Shown one piece after another: positions 14,497-27,169 of a stretch of DNA of 64,000 nt. Both the position numbers and the translations under genes were made by a program. Source of the DNA: Octopus sinensis (Eukaryota). The DNA is taken from NCBI RefSeq assembly GCF_006345805.1, contig NC_043011.1, positions 13,094,464 to 13,158,463 of the forward strand. Reading direction: 5' to 3'. How positions within the stretch are numbered: position 1 is the stretch's first letter; each line of letters starts with the position of its first letter. The notes under the pieces are model-generated. The model was not told the origin of the DNA. It was given only the letters and a program-made list of their open reading frames with translations, and did no database searches.

Positions 14497-14856
14497 CGAA
14501 TCTTTTATGCTGCTGTCACAGTTTTTGAAATTTTAAAATTAAGAAAAAATTTTGAAATTTGGTATATTGAGGTAAGTTTTTACGCTTAATCTGATTTTGT
14601 AATTCACTTGTTTCAGAAAAAAAATGAAGAAAAATTTTTCTTAAATGTTAAGTTTGATCATTTTTATCTAATCAGAAAGCAGGATTTGGAAGCTGGTTTT
14701 TGCTTTCACAAAATGAAAGCAAAAACATTATGACGACGAATTTTTAATAAACAAAATGAAAGCAAGACATTATGATGATGTAAGTTGTAAAATGTTTTGA
14801 AGTTTTAATCAGTTTTAATGAATAAAAGTTAAGTGAAACGGTGAGATACGAAAGAT
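14497..14856. mobile_element. Diverged DNA-transposon-like repeat (similar to 29597-30110)
   Basis: Starts (g)aatcttttatgctgctgtca and ends gaaagatcc; internal blocks match 29597-29670 and 29990-30100. No TSD seen. Confidence 0.45.
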
Positions 14857-15084
14857 CCGCAATTAATTTTTTTTTTTTTTTCGGAAAATAACAATGATGT
14901 AATGGCAGCGTGTGGTTCGTTGTAGCTCCGTTCACGTGAGGTACATAACCTCTGGAGATAACGGGTAAAGTTAGAGCGAATTAAGAATCTGCTGTGAGCT
15001 GCCAGTTTTCAGTTGTTGTTCAGCGTGAGTGCGAACGCGAAAGAGAGAGAATCACCTTAATACGCCTCCTTAAATAGATGTTGC

Positions 15085-15200
15085 CCACGAGAGCCTCGCT
15101 GAGGTCTCGCGCATGGCAAACATGGTTGTAGGCGAGATCTCGCTCTTGTCTCGGACATGGTAATGGTTGCCGGCGAGATCTCGCACAAAATGGCGCTGGC
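15085..15200. promoter_or_regulatory. CpG-rich cluster of GCGAGATCTCGC palindromes plus AAAATGGCG (YY1-like)
   Basis: Perfect 12-bp palindromes at 15132-15143 and 15173-15184, degenerate copies at 15088-15110, AAAATGGCG at 15187-15195. Function is inferred only. Confidence 0.35.
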
Positions 15201-15495
15201 TTCTTGTGTCACGCTACAGCATTTTGATCGGCGTGCTAACGATTCTGCCAGCCTGTCTCCTTAATAATGGTTTTTTAATTTTGACACGAGGCCAGCAATT
15301 TTAGGAGTTGTGGGTAAGTCGGTTACACCTCACCTTAGTATTCACCTTATACTTATTTTATCACCTCCAGTCGACACCGGCAGAATTTGAACTCAGAACA
15401 TAAACACAGATAAAAAAAAACGCCGCTAAGCATTTTGTCCGGCGTGCTAACGATTCTGCCAGCTTGCCGCCTTTCTAACAATAGTAACAATAGGC

Positions 15496-15647
15496 GATCC
15501 TTCGGTATAGGTACCGTAAGTGGCTTTGTTTACATTTCTGAAGATAACAGAAACCCTTTTCTCCCACCCCTAACCGTAACCCTAACCCCCATAAAAAAAC
15601 ACTTTCTTGAATGTATCCGGTACTTCCGGTACCTATACCGAAGTTAC
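15496..15647. mobile_element. Short deleted relative of the 12040-12336 MITE
   Basis: Inverted ends cttcggtataggtacc / ggtacctataccgaag and the same CCCTAA core. Confidence 0.7.
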
Positions 15648-15866
15648 GTCTAATAATAAAAGGAAGAGAACGAGACAGGGTTCGTATCAAACCCTGACTC
15701 AAGTTGCATATGCCATTAACTCATAATACGCACGCGTACGTATATACACAAAGGCACCCACACACTGGCGTACACATACACACACACACACACACACTAA
15801 CGTTCACATGGGTATATCCATGTACACGGGTATATACGTACCCTTACTCATTCGCAGATACATACC

Positions 15867-16099
15867 TATTTCTTTACTACTCACAAGGGGCTAAACACAG
15901 AGAAGACAAACAAGGACAAACAAACGGATTAAGTCGATTATATTGACCCCAGTGCGTAACTGGTACTTATTTAATCGACCCCGAAAGGATGAAAGGCAAA
16001 GTCGACCCCGGCGGAATTTGAGCTCAGAACATAGCGGCAGACGAAATACCGCTAAGCAATTCGCCCGGCGTGCTAACGATTCTGCCAGCTCGCCGCCCT
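15867..16099 (-). mobile_element. tRNA-derived SINE family B (head AAGGCGGCGAGCTGGCAGAA)
   Basis: Matches 26215, 30752 and 38237; central gtcgactttgcctttcatcctttcggggtcga domain. Confidence 0.9.
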
Positions 16100-16326
16100 T
16101 ACATACATACCTATGCTCACACACATACATAAATACACACACACGTACGAGCACCTATCTATAAGCTAGGCACAGCACACATTCCAACTGAAGACACTTT
16201 CAATACAATAGTTGACAATCCACACATGACACATTCTGCACAATCACCTGTCAATAAAACATCACAGATTACACAATACATAGGCAACACAAACATTATA
16301 ATACAACTCCAACAAGACATACTTTA

Positions 16327-16737
16327 GGATCTTTTCGGTTTGACCGGCAGTTTTTTTTAAATAATTTCCACTTTTAAACTTCGTATACTGGTAGAATGTG
16401 TTTATAAAACATCTTTTTCTCTTGGCTTTATTGAGAAAATTTTAAGGTTTGTAAGATATTTGTTGTTGTTTTTTTCTTCAGTTTCTGCAATTTCAACAAA
16501 TCAATGACGTCTATTGAGGTGAAAACATTATGTGCCGTATGAATATGTCCCTCGTTTAAGAAACAGATTGGGTTTATTTACATTTCTGAAGAAAAAAAGA
16601 TACCCTTCCCCCACCCCTAACCCTAACCCTAACCCTAAAACATTGAAATGCAATAGATCGATACTAGGGTCATAATTATGGGTGATAATTTCATATGACA
16701 CCGCTAGAAAAAACTGCCGTTCAAACCGAAAAGATCC
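16327..16737. mobile_element. Merlin-like MITE
   Basis: Same TIRs; 9-bp TSD catacttta/cgtacttta. Confidence 0.9.
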
Positions 16738-17262
16738 CGTACTTTAAACTGTAGCGAGATGACATCATGTTTTGAATCATCGCATTTATATTTCCCAGTT
16801 TAGAACAACAGCTACCATATAAGGCGATTGTGGGTCAGCCAATTAGATCGATGTTCCGGAACTTTTTTGGCTATGGTATATAAAAAATTGTCCGGCAAAT
16901 CTAATTAAAAAGAGAGCTACAGAAGGTTATGTAATCTTTCTCAATCTTCAAATATTTATAACGGCTGAAGATACCACGCACTTATGTTGGTAAATCTCAT
17001 GAAAAGTCGTTTTTATTTCCCTAACTTAATCTGTCCTCGCTAATTTATGAATCGTTGTAGTACTATATACTAGTATGTTGCAGTGACCTGATGTACTTTC
17101 AATCGTTAATTCTTAAATTCTGTTATTTGTTCAACTGCTGTAATAATGTGTGTATTATATTCCCAGTCAAACAGAATGTAAAATTATACTCAATTTAGTA
17201 TGATTTTGTAAACACAAAATGATTTTGTAAACCCAAACACAAATACTGTTAATCATCGATTA

Positions 17263-20235
17263 TACTGGTCTACAAGATTTTCGATGTTTGGGAAATGGAC
17301 ACCATTCCTATACAAAATCGGTCTCCTGAATCCAAATATGACCTTCTTTTTGACCTATCAGATCTCGTTTTAAGTTATTGAACATCCCTCTAGTCACTAT
17401 GTATGTATGTACGTCCACTACGCAGTCTTCGTTACTTTATTCTAATTCTAAGTTTTTCTTTTTCCCTAATTTTTAGATGTTGTACAGAACTAAGCAATAC
17501 AAAATGAGTAAAGATGTCCTCTTCAAGAAAGTATTAATTCCCCAGATGTGTTTTATGTTTGTGGAGAATACACATAACCTGAAAATCGGAAAACATCACT
17601 GACTTTGTTGAAAGAGTGTAATTGGCATATTTTGAAACAATGTACAGAATATTTGTGACAATGGACTAAAGGAACAAGGAAAAGTATGAGGTTTGCTATA
17701 CCAATGGTACTCACGTGGATGACTGCTATTTTTGTAAGCTAAATTTGAAGGGTATTAGCCGGAAAAATCGACAAACGCTTGTCTCTCCTAATCTTGCCTC
17801 TGCTATTAGACCAGTTCCGTACAGTGAAGAGCTTCCAGCTCCGGTCATCAATATCTTGCCTCAGATAGCTTTATCCTCAACCAAAGAAGATCCATCACCT
17901 GAAGATGACACCAGAGATCAAAACTTTTCAGTTGAGATTTTACTTCAACTATTCTCCCAGGTAGAGCTGAATGATCTAGTGTGTGACTTAAACCTCCCAA
18001 AAGATTTTGCAGAACTGTTGGTTTCCCGGCTGAAAGAGAAGAATCTTCTAGAGAACGGTGTCTGTATAACCTTTTATTGGAGTCGGCATGAAGAGTTCCT
18101 TTCTTTCTTCAAAAAAGAGAAAGAGCTGGTTTACTGCAGAGATGTCAGTAGGCTTCTAAATTAACTTGGCATTGAGGAATACAAACCAGAGGAATGGTGT
18201 CTTTTCATAGACAGCTCTAGGCGTAGTTTAACCCTTTCGTTACTATATTTCTGACCAAATTACACCCCTTATGTGTTTCAATTAATTTCTAACGTAATCA
18301 TAAATTTAGTCTGGTTTCATTAAACAACTATAACTTTTTTATTTATCGATATATTAATCTGATTTTTGGAAGATAATTTAATGAAATATTCTCAACCAAT
18401 TCTATACTATAATTTTTGTCACAAAGTGACTCTATTTGCAGGTAGATACAGGTAAATTCCACAAAATATAAAATTATTAAAATTTTGTTCAAACATCGCT
18501 ATAGAAAATATTAGCTAATATTCAATTGGGTATACAACAAAATTTTACGATAGAATTTGTTATTCTGGGTAACTTTCTGATACCCATAATAATATTTATT
18601 GCAAAATAGGCCTTAATTTAATTTAAGGTTGTGGGAAATAACAAACTATCCTTTCTTTCGTTTTGTTTACGTTTAGCGTAACGGTTCGTTTTCGCTGTAA
18701 TGATTTCAAATAGGCTCATTCGAAAAAGTAAATAGAAATAGCCTAAGGCTTTACCCTTCTGGGAAAGTCTGTGGCTTGGTCCAGTTTCTGCAGAAAAATC
18801 ACCGAAAGAAACAGTTTTTAAATTTTCACTCCATTCAGGTGCCAATTCGTTTTCTTTATCGCTATCGGAGATCTCAGATTCACTGTTTTCACTTTCGGAA
18901 AATGAAACATCAAATTCATTATCAAATACCATGTGCTTTTTTTTTCAGTCATAGAGTTAGATTTATGAAGGTCTTCAGTAGAAAATCCTTCGAATTCTGA
19001 CTCGCTGCTTGATATAATGAAATTCGTATCCATTTTTTGTCAGAATTACAAATTTTGAAAACACAATAGGAACAAATTTCGGAAAAAAATCTCCCAAAAT
19101 TCACGGAATTAAAATTACACTTCGATTATTGTACAAAACTGTAGTTGAACTGTTTACGAAGTATAATACGTGTTTTCACGAATGTACTGAAGAGATTTGC
19201 TCTGATATTCTCATTTAAATATGAATAGGTAAATTCGGGCGGCTTTGGGCGGTTTGGTTTCATAAACCAAAATTTTTTTCGGGCGGCTTTGGGCGGTTTG
19301 GTAACGAAAGGATTAAAATGTTTATTGTTGCACAGCGGAAATGTGTATGGCTCTGTCCCACTTGGCCACTCAACAACACTGAAGGAAAAATATGAAGAAA
19401 TTAAGTTGGTTTTAGAGAAGAAAATGTATCATGATCATAAATGGGTCATCTGCGTTGACTTAAAGATGGTGAATTTTCTCATGGGACAGCAATCTGGTTA
19501 TACCCAATACCTTTGCTTTCTTTGCATGTGGGACAGTAGAGTCTGAGTAAATCTCTACGTTAAGAAAGACTTGCCGCCTCGAACAAATATGGCTCCATGT
19601 AGAGCTGCCAATATATTGGAAGAACCTTTAGTTGAGCGAAGTAAGATCATTTTCCCCACTTTACACATCAAACTCGGATTGATCATGCAATTTGTCAAAG
19701 CTCTTGACAAAAATGGGGAGTGATTCTGCAGTGTATTTCCAGACTTGACGATTGAAAAACTTAAAGCAAGGATTTTTTGATTGACCACAGATCCGTAAGC
19801 TCTTGAAGGACGCAAATTTCGTGAAAACGATGAGCGAAAATGAAGCATCATCTTGGCTAGCCTTTACAGAACTAGTGCAAATTTTTTCTTGGGAAACACA
19901 AGATTGAAAACTATAAAAAACTTATTACCAACTTGATATCAACTTTTCGGGATTTTGGCGCGAATATTAGCATCAAAATGCATTATCTTTTTTAGTCATC
20001 TTGATCGTTTTCCTGAAAATCTCGGAGATGTTAGCGATGAACAAGGTGAACGATTCCATCAGGACATCAAGAAGATGGAAACTCGGTACCAAGGACGTTG
20101 GGACCCTGTGATGATGGCAGACTATCGCTGGTGTCTCCCGCTGCTCAACATTCACGGTACACAAAGAAGCGTAAATTTATTCTTTGAAATTTCTGCCAAA
20201 AATCTTCAGAGTGGTACAATTAAATGGCTTGAAGA
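17263..20235 (+). mobile_element. Chapaev3 (CMC superfamily) DNA transposon, degenerate transposase, interrupted by piggyBac
   Basis: Peptides PDVFYVCGEYT, QWTKGTRKSMRFAIPMV, DDCYFCKLNLKGISRKN...SAIRPVP, ELNDLVCDLNLPKDFAELLVSRLKEKNLL, W.LFIDSSRRSLKCLLLHSGNVYGSVPLGHS, WVICVDLKMVNFLMGQQSGYTQYLCFLCMWDSR, LHIKLGL, SHLDRFPENLGDVSDEQGERFHQDIKKMETRYQGRW...MADYRW. The left end tta|TACTGG resembles the CACTG terminus with a TWA target. Confidence 0.9.
18232..19312 (-). mobile_element. piggyBac deletion derivative (PGBD4-like N-terminus only)
   Basis: TTAA at 18228-18231 and 19313-19316; 12-bp TIR CCCTTTCGTTAC/GTAACGAAAGGA. ORF 18618-18932 contains F....GP....LGYFYLLF...EII...TNRYA after an acidic N-terminus. 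Confidence 0.9.
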
Positions 20236-20618
20236 CTCTTTTACTCTTTTACTTGTTTCATTCATTTGACTGCGGCCATGCTGGATCACCACCTTTAATC
20301 GAGCAAATCGACCTTGGGACTTATTCTTTGTAAGCCTAGTACTTATTCTATCGGTCTCTTTTGCCGAACAGCTAAGTTACGGAGACATGAACACACCACC
20401 ATCGGTTGTCAAGTGATATTGGGGAGACAGACACAGACACAGAAACATATATATACATATATACGACGGGCTTCTTTTCAGTTTCCGTCTACCAAATCCA
20501 CTCACAAGGCATTGGTCGGCCCGGGGCTATAGCAGAAGACACTTGCCCAAAGTGCCACGCAGTGGAACTGAACCCGGAACCATGTGGTTGGTAAGCAAGC
20601 TACTTACCACACAGCCAC
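20236..20618 (-). mobile_element. SINE family A
   Basis: Family match. Confidence 0.9.
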
Positions 20619-21142
20619 GAATGTGGATAAAAACAAAAAAAGGCACAAAAAAAGTAAACACGGAAAAACTTCACGAAATATATGTAAAATATATGAAAAA
20701 ATATGTAAAATATTAAGACAATTGACGAAAAGTATCTACAATAAAATTCTAATTGATAACTATAAATTTTTATTAAAACGAAGCACGCGGGTGAAGTGAA
20801 TCTCGTGGTGTGAAGAATCAACACGACATTACGTGCGGGTGAAGTGAAACGCAACACAATGTATGATTGTCATGGTAACAAGCTGTTAATGCCTCGTTGT
20901 CTGTTGATTGGCTAAAATTACCCAAATTATTCCAAATTTAATTCCAAATAGCATCAGATTCTTTAATTTACGAGATGAAGTAATTAGTTGAATGAAATCA
21001 AAATTCAGAACTGCATCGATACACCAAAATTGAAAACAATCTGAGAAAAATTAAAGGGGGCTAATTTTGTGAATGAATTTAACTGGATTCGTTGTTGTTG
21101 TTGTGGTTGTCGTCGTCGTGTTGTTGCTGCTGCTGCTGCTGC

Positions 21143-21488
21143 TTGTTTGTTTGTTGAGCGAAGCGGTCTTCGTTCCAGAGTGGGAGAAGTCTGAAACGTG
21201 GTCCTTTGCTATTCGTAAGACCCGCAGAAGAGAAAGCAGGTCAACCCCCGACACCGAGACCATCGATGGATGGATGAATGCGCATCCAGGCTCAGCGGTT
21301 GCGTAGGAAGTCGGGGGCGAGAAACAGGAAGAAAGAGTGAGAGAAAGTTGGAGCGAAAGAGTACAGCAGGGGTCGCCCCCCCCCCCTGCCGGAGCGTCGT
21401 GGAACTTTAGGTCTTTTCGCTCAATAAACACACACAACGCCCGGTCTGGGAATCGAAACAGCGATTCTCCGACCGCGAGTCCGCTGCC
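21143..21488 (-). mobile_element. SINE family C, tail type 3 (head slightly truncated)
   Basis: Family C head/body plus tail ...ggaccacgtttcagacttctccc...gaccgcttcgctcaacaa; homologous to 41388-41755. Confidence 0.85.
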
Positions 21489-22798
21489 TTGTTGTTGTTG
21501 TTGGGAAGTTTGAGGTAATGACTGGTTGAGTTGCTGAATGAAAATGGATTTCTCGGTCTGAGTGAAGACGTAACTGACAACACAGCGAACAATTAACCGA
21601 TATTATTATTGCACAGTGTTAAACTGTGTTGGTCTTTTACAAATAATAACAGAAATAATTACATATTGGGAGAGACATATGGCTTGGGGCTTACGACAAG
21701 CTTACTGATACACCAATCCGCGGGTGACCATCACAACTGGAAAATAATTGCACTACATTCGTGGCGGCGAAAATTCCTGAATACTGTCTCTCATCTGTCT
21801 TAATTGGTTGGATGTAGCGAGAATGGAGACACAACACACGGTTGTCTCAACATTCCGCAATTACCACCAAATATCTACCTTTTTATAGGGCACGACGAGA
21901 AAGTTCTAGAAGTCTGAAACACGCGATGGCTTGACGCTGACTGGTTGCATAATAGACCAAATACGTGAAACTACTGTGATTTGAGAGTGATGTCTGACTA
22001 GCTACCAGCATAATGGTTACAGGCTTTATTTCAACAGTGCAATCACTAACTATAGTCTCACAAATGAATGATTAAACTTGACGTTCTAACTAAATATGTT
22101 GATTTTGTACAGATGTTTTGAACATTCCCAACAATTAGTCGAATTTTCAAGAGTAGTTTCATGAAATACTTGAAAGATTTTGTCGTATCTCCTATCATTC
22201 TAAAATTGTAATTTAATTTTGACCTTATATCTAATTAGTAGTCAGTTGATTGAAATAGATTGCAAAACATTGTCTAAATTATCTATTCATTGGGGATAAT
22301 TCACTTTTTCCAACGAATTGTTCAGCTGTATACAGCTACCAGTAGCAGAACTAACACTGTAAGCACCTTTAGGATGAAAATAATTTGTACTTCAGCGGAA
22401 GAAAGATATAAAAATGAATTCACATTTTCATTTATCCTCATAAGTTAATTTAGAGCAATGTAAAAAGAGCGTTTTACATATCAAATACAAGTACAGTAGG
22501 CTATCACATATGTAGTACAGAGGGCTAAAATATTTCGATTAAATTAGATTAACATAATTAGACGATAAAACTCCCTCTAGATGTGTTTATATTATAAAAC
22601 AAGCAAATTTACGAGAAATACTTATAGAATGGGATAAGATTTTTTTTTACTATTTATGCATAACTACAAACAAAATATAGTAAGAGTTATACAACGGTAG
22701 AGAACCTTTAAAGCTGGCACTGAGATGTTCAAAAGTTTGGCATGAGAAGAGGAATCATGGCTTTAATTCTGAATATATACATGCGTTTGTCACAAGAA

Positions 22799-22832
<34 letters not shown>

Positions 22833-24189
22833 CATTCAAAGAAAGGACAAGTTCTTAGATCTGACATTATGCCGTTATCGATTCTAAGAGAACATGTTAT
22901 ACAAGAGCATCTGGTAAGAACATTAGTAGCTGTGTAAATTTTGTTGAGTACGTGAATGATGTCATAATTGTAGAGCGATGATTGCATCCACCAACGAAGA
23001 ATCTTCTGTTTTCCTCCACGACTGTGAGTAAATATGAATGAGATTATTTTGTTGGTCACAAGCCAAGCTTAATAATAGGTAATACGAAACGGCATCGAAG
23101 TAAAAAGGTTCTCCCATTTCCTAATACTTTCTATGAGAGTCATAACTCCCTTTTAAATTAACCTGACATTCTGTTTAGAACTAGAAAAAGTTCTGGTGGG
23201 GAAATGACAGGTTTATTATAGTTTATCATGCGATGAAAGCATTCTTGGGATCGAAATTCTAAAGGCGTCTATTTCAACATGTTAGAAAAACTTCTGGTGA
23301 AATGGCTGAGAGAGAGGTATTGACTATTTAAGTGTTAAGCTGATGAATAGTATCTAGGTGCGTTTTTGCAATAAAATGGTAAAATTTATTACGGGCTGCA
23401 TTAGTTCTGAGGGGAAAAAAACATCTATTTAGAGTAGGAACTGAACAAACTTAGTAATTGTAATTGTTTAGCATTTCATTAAATTTCTGAGTCAGGATTC
23501 GACGGATTGCTCTCTCTTTTATATCCTAGGTAACCAACGGGTGTTTGACAAATATTTGTTATCGCTGAAATACATTTTTGTTAAATATTTTGATGCTGAG
23601 TCTTTAGTGGCTGAAATAATTTGGTGAAATTCTTGGAATTTACCAATGCAATAACATCGTCCAGATTGATGTAAACACTTCTAATGTTATCGTTGGTGAT
23701 TATCACTTAAAGTACAGTATTAGAGACATCAAAGGATAAACTCGTAAACAAGAATTAATGTCAATTGTCTTGAAACGATGTGCATTCTTAATCGGAATGG
23801 ATGGCAATACGCTGCTTTGAAGTAGAGTTTGCTGTGTAATTTATTGTAGAAAATTGAAAGCCTCGAGATCTCTAGTAGATAGGAATCTAGAGAGCAGCAG
23901 AGGTTTGACGCTTGTGAACAGGTATTATTGTGACGAGGAACAGTAGCCGAAAAACAATCGTCTAAAACATTCACTTTCAGTATGGCATGTAAAAAGAATA
24001 GAAGTCCGTATTTAAAACGAATTGCTGTTTGGAATCTTTTCCTTTTGAACAGCAGATCGAGAAATTAATTTTTTGTAACTATAACACTTTCAAACTTCGG
24101 ACACTGGTAAAATGTATCATATAAAACATTTTTACTCTTAGTGTTGTTGAGAAAAGTTTATATTTTCAAAATTATTTCGTGTTAAAGGA

Positions 24190-24650
24190 TCACCTGGGCT
24201 GAGTTCGAGCTAGGCTTTATTCGTCCCTCCACGAGCCCGTGGGCAGCACCTTTACACATGGCCAGGAAGAATGAAACTGATTTTCGACCGGTTGGAGATT
24301 TTAGACGTTTTAACACAGTCACTGTCGCAGATCACTATCCCTTACCAAATGTACAGGATTTTTCGTCTGCCCTGCACAACTAGGATTTTTTTTTTTCTAA
24401 AATCGACTTGGTACGCGCGTACCATCAAACCCAGTCAACCCTGACGACATTCCAAAGACAGCCGTCACCACGCCTTTTGGAGCGTTTGAATTTTTGTCTA
24501 TGTTGTTTGATCTTCGTAATGCAGCCAGCACGTTCCAAAGGTTCGTTGATGAGGTCGTTTGTGGGATAGATTTTGTCTTCGCATACGTCGACGACCTTAT
24601 AATCGCCAGTGGTACTCCAGACCAGCACCTCCAACACTTAACCCAACTGA
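24190..24650 (+). mobile_element. Ty3/gypsy reverse transcriptase fragment
   Basis: Manual translation with small frameshifts: ELGFIRPSTSPWAAPLHMARK...FRPVGDFRR.NTVTVADHYPLPNVQDF...FSKIDLVRAYHQ.PV.PDDIPKTAVTTPFGAFEF..M.F.LRNAASTFQRFVDEV..GIDFVFAYVDDLIIAS. Confidence 0.9.
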
Positions 24651-24877
24651 CTCTACAACCCTGATTCAAACACCATCTAAATCTCTTTATTACTGAAATC
24701 TCCTGTTTTTAGTTGGATTAAATTATTTTGTTCAATTTGTTCAGAATTTGTGCATTGTGCCCAAGTTTTAGATTGCTTACTACGTCTAGTGTGTGTTTGT
24801 GTAGTACACACACACACACACACACACACACATACGTATGCATGTATGTGTGCACGTATATATGAATGTATATTCGT

Positions 24878-25052
24878 TTACTTGGTTCAGTCATTGGACT
24901 GCGTCCATGCTGGGGCATCGCCTTGAAAGATTTAGCCGACCAAATTAACTTAGTGCTTATTTTTAAAAAGTCTTTTGATACATTTTCTGTCGGTCTTTTG
25001 CTGAAACGCTAAATTTCGAGGATGTGAGCAAACCAACAACGGTTGTCGGGCG
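24878..25052 (-). mobile_element. SINE family A, 3' half, diverged
   Basis: cagtcattggactgcgtccatgctggggcatcgcc tail. Confidence 0.7.
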
Positions 25053-26214
25053 TATGTATGTATGTATGTATGTACGTACGTACGTATGTACATACATACA
25101 TACATACATACATACATACATACATACATACATACATACATACATACATACATACATACATACATACATACATACATACATACATACATACATACATACA
25201 TCGACGACGACGGAGATGAAAAATGATATTGTCTGATACCTTTTAAATTTTAAAATAATTTAGTTGAATCAACACCCACATGCGTAAATAATTCAAATAA
25301 ATTTTAATGCAACTGAAGATTAACATATGGCCATCAAAAGGATATCGTCGACGCAAAAAACAAGTATAGTATAAAAATGTATAATTAAAACTCATAATAC
25401 TTTTGCCTGTTTTGTTCTGTTTTTTAATAAATGAGATTTTTTTTCGCACAGTCATTAATGAAAAACTTAAATATTCAACTTCTTTTGCAGAATATATTTT
25501 TTTTATTTAGTGTAGAAAAGTCTATTTTAAACTGTCAAAACATACCAGAGAAGCTGAAAGGATTGTCTATCGTATACACATGAAATACTGGAGATTATAA
25601 GGGCTGTTTCGACTTCTTTAATTAATAAGAAACATGTGAATTTTATAATTTATTATAACGTTTTCTAATTATCCAACATTAAAAGAAAATAGTAATCTTA
25701 TTATTCATGAAATAAAAGATAACAATCAGGCAATTCACAGAAGAAACATAAGAACATCTGTCGGCATATGCTATACTAACATGTATGCAATACTGACAGA
25801 TGTATAACATGCATTGGTCTTGGATAATTTGCTTGCAATTCCTTATTTTATATATTTTAACTTCATAATTAATTAATTTCTAAGTTCATCTTGCATAACG
25901 ATAATCTATCATTTTAATCTCCTATTTTATTTTATCTTATCTTATTTTAAATTTTATTCTCAATTTTAGCGTGCGTATATATTCATCAATATCCGAATAT
26001 GTGTGTGTTTGCTTTCGGTAGGATTAGCTAAAATGTATTTAATCGAGCGAGAGATAAATGTCATTTAGTAAATACAACAATAATCTTTGAGCTACTTTAA
26101 GTTTCATGCTCGGAGGGTACAGTGATGGAACAGGTTTTATAGCACACCGTGCACCATCGGGAATACAAGGCGCTAACAAAGCTCAGTCCTTTTAACCCGT
26201 AAGATAAAGAATAT

Positions 26215-26448
26215 TTATTTCTTTATTGCCCACAAGGGGCTAAACACAGAGAGGACAAACAAAGACAGACAAACGGATTAAATCGATTATATCGATTCCC
26301 AGTACGTAACTGGTACTTATTTAATCAACCCCGAAAGGATGAAAGGCAAAGTCGACCTCGGCGGAATTTGAACTCAGAACGTAGCGGCAGACGCAATATC
26401 GCTAAGCATTTCGCCCTGCGTGCTAACGTTTCTGCCAACTCACCGCCT
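26215..26448 (-). mobile_element. SINE family B with 16-bp TSD
   Basis: TSD taagataaagaatatt at 26199-26214 and 26449-26464. Confidence 0.9.
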
Positions 26449-26511
26449 TAAGATAAAGAATATTGTTAATATTGAGAGTTTACATGTAAAATAACTACGC
26501 CTCGTGGGGGG

Positions 26512-26748
26512 TAGTCGAATGAGAGAGAAGGCTAAAGTGCATAAAACTGCGTCTAATCCGGTCAGAGTGGTGTCTTGACCTAAAGTTTAACTGTTTAACC
26601 CCAGAAGACGCAAGCCTTGTTAAATCGCAGAAGTGCACCGACTTTCTAAACATCTCGACAGGTTTCTGCTATCGAAATGGAAGACGTCCTCTCACCAGAT
26701 CAGACAAAGTTTAACGCACTTTAGCCTCCCCATCCCTCTTTGACTAAC
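26512..26748. repeat. Old inverted-repeat element (~85-bp imperfect arms), probable MITE
   Basis: ggctaaagtgcataaaact vs agtttaacgcactttagcc; gtctaatccggtcagag vs ctctcaccagatcagac; gtagtcgaa vs ttgactaac. Confidence 0.55.
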
Positions 26749-27072
26749 TTCGCCAGGTAAATACTCAAAATAAACAATACTTTTCATCTGAGCGGTTAAA
26801 GTGGCAATTCTTATTTTCTTTTTTTCCTTAACGTTTTCTCCTTGTTTATTCTCGTGCTTCTTTTTTTTTTCTCGCTTTTATTCACAGAGTAGCCATGTCA
26901 TTTGTGCCTGAACAATTGCCGAGTTGATCATGGTAAACTATACAACCGGGTTGATTACTGCACTAATCCGTCCGATCTTGAAACTTGAAGTAGCTCACGT
27001 ATAGCTCCTGCATTCATTAGATTGATAGAGAGAGAGGGGGGAGGGAAAGATACATACATACATATACAGATA

Positions 27073-27108
<36 letters not shown>

Positions 27109-27169
27109 TGTATGTATGTATGTATGTATGTGCGTATGTCTCTTCTATTTTTTAATTATTATAAATCTT

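Noticed and set aside
25755-25803. Small hairpin acatctgtcggcat...atactgacagatgt as a miRNA
   Set aside because: About 50 nt with only ~11 contiguous pairs; too short and no recognised seed.
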